Both the position numbers and the translations under genes were made by a program. From contig JAUCBJ010004612.1 of the NCBI GenBank assembly GCA_032718475.1, positions 1 to 64,000 of the forward strand: a stretch of 64,000 nucleotides of DNA. The letters run 5' to 3'. The notes under the pieces were generated by a model that worked only from the letters and a program-made list of their open reading frames with translations, did not search any database and was not told the origin of the DNA. Within the stretch, counting starts at the first letter, position 1. Each line of letters opens with the position of its first letter. Of the stretch, positions 63,602 to 64,000 are shown in pieces. This DNA comes from Nemertoderma westbladi. Lineage: Eukaryota; Animalia; Xenacoelomorpha.

Positions 63602-64000
63602 ATGTTATCTACAGAGGACCTTGATATGTTTCCAGTGGGTGGTCACTGGTCACTATTTGGGAGCGTTTTCATCTAACAAATTACCTAAATTAGATAATAA
63701 TAAGCGGAGAGATTATGGGTTAATAGTAAACACCAATAAAGAGCATCTACCCGGGGTTCATTGGATAGCTATATATATACGAGATAATGAGGCTGAATTA
63801 TTTAATTCATTTGGACCAAAATATCCAAACAGATGTATTGAAAAATGGCTTGAGAAAAATTCAGCAAGTTGGCGTACTACCCGGAAACAATTTCAAGACC
63901 CCAGGAGGACCACATGTGGATTATACTGTCTTTATTACTTGGTAAATCGAATTCACACAAACTATCCAATGAGAGCGTTTACAAATAATGTGGAAATAAA
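63602..64000 (+). pseudogene. Adenain-like cysteine maturation protease, partial, frameshift near 5' end
   Basis: IVNT...PGVHWIAIY...FNSFG...QFQ...TTCGLYCLYYL with catalytic His/Gln/Cys. The ATG at 63602 is out of frame with this core. Confidence 0.85.

Larger units (their letters stand above)
54047..64000 (+). mobile_element. Polinton/Maverick (adintovirus-like) endogenous element, left part
   Basis: Starts with AGTAGTAG (Polinton-type terminus). Co-oriented ATPase, rve integrase, pentons, major capsid and adenain. Protein-primed PolB is not seen in the window. Confidence 0.92.

Overview
Eukaryotic (metazoan, invertebrate-like) repeat-dense DNA with no recognisable host gene. It starts in a 42-bp satellite (1-3900), followed by a stack of nested mobile elements. 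There are three divergent BEL/Pao LTR retrotransposons on the minus strand (3901-12566; 13004/14307-27348; about 28165-54046) and a full-length decayed L1/Tx1-type LINE (30896-41162) containing a 3-kb Helentron-like insertion. Smaller insertions are an RTE 3' fragment, a Kolobok-like TTAA MITE and four insertions of one piggyBac-like TTAA element built from ~163-bp subrepeats. From 54047 to the end is the left part of a Polinton/adintovirus (RING protein, packaging ATPase, integrase, two pentons, core-like protein, major capsid, adenain protease). The best novelty candidate is a shared accessory gene downstream of pol in two unrelated BEL/Pao elements. It encodes three zinc knuckles plus a conserved E-x2-AD-x5-R-x-R...G-(F/V)-(F/Y) motif and does not look like env. 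A second candidate is a BEL element with no tRNA-type PBS but a possible self-priming complement in its own LTR. All calls are by eye from motifs; no database searches were run.
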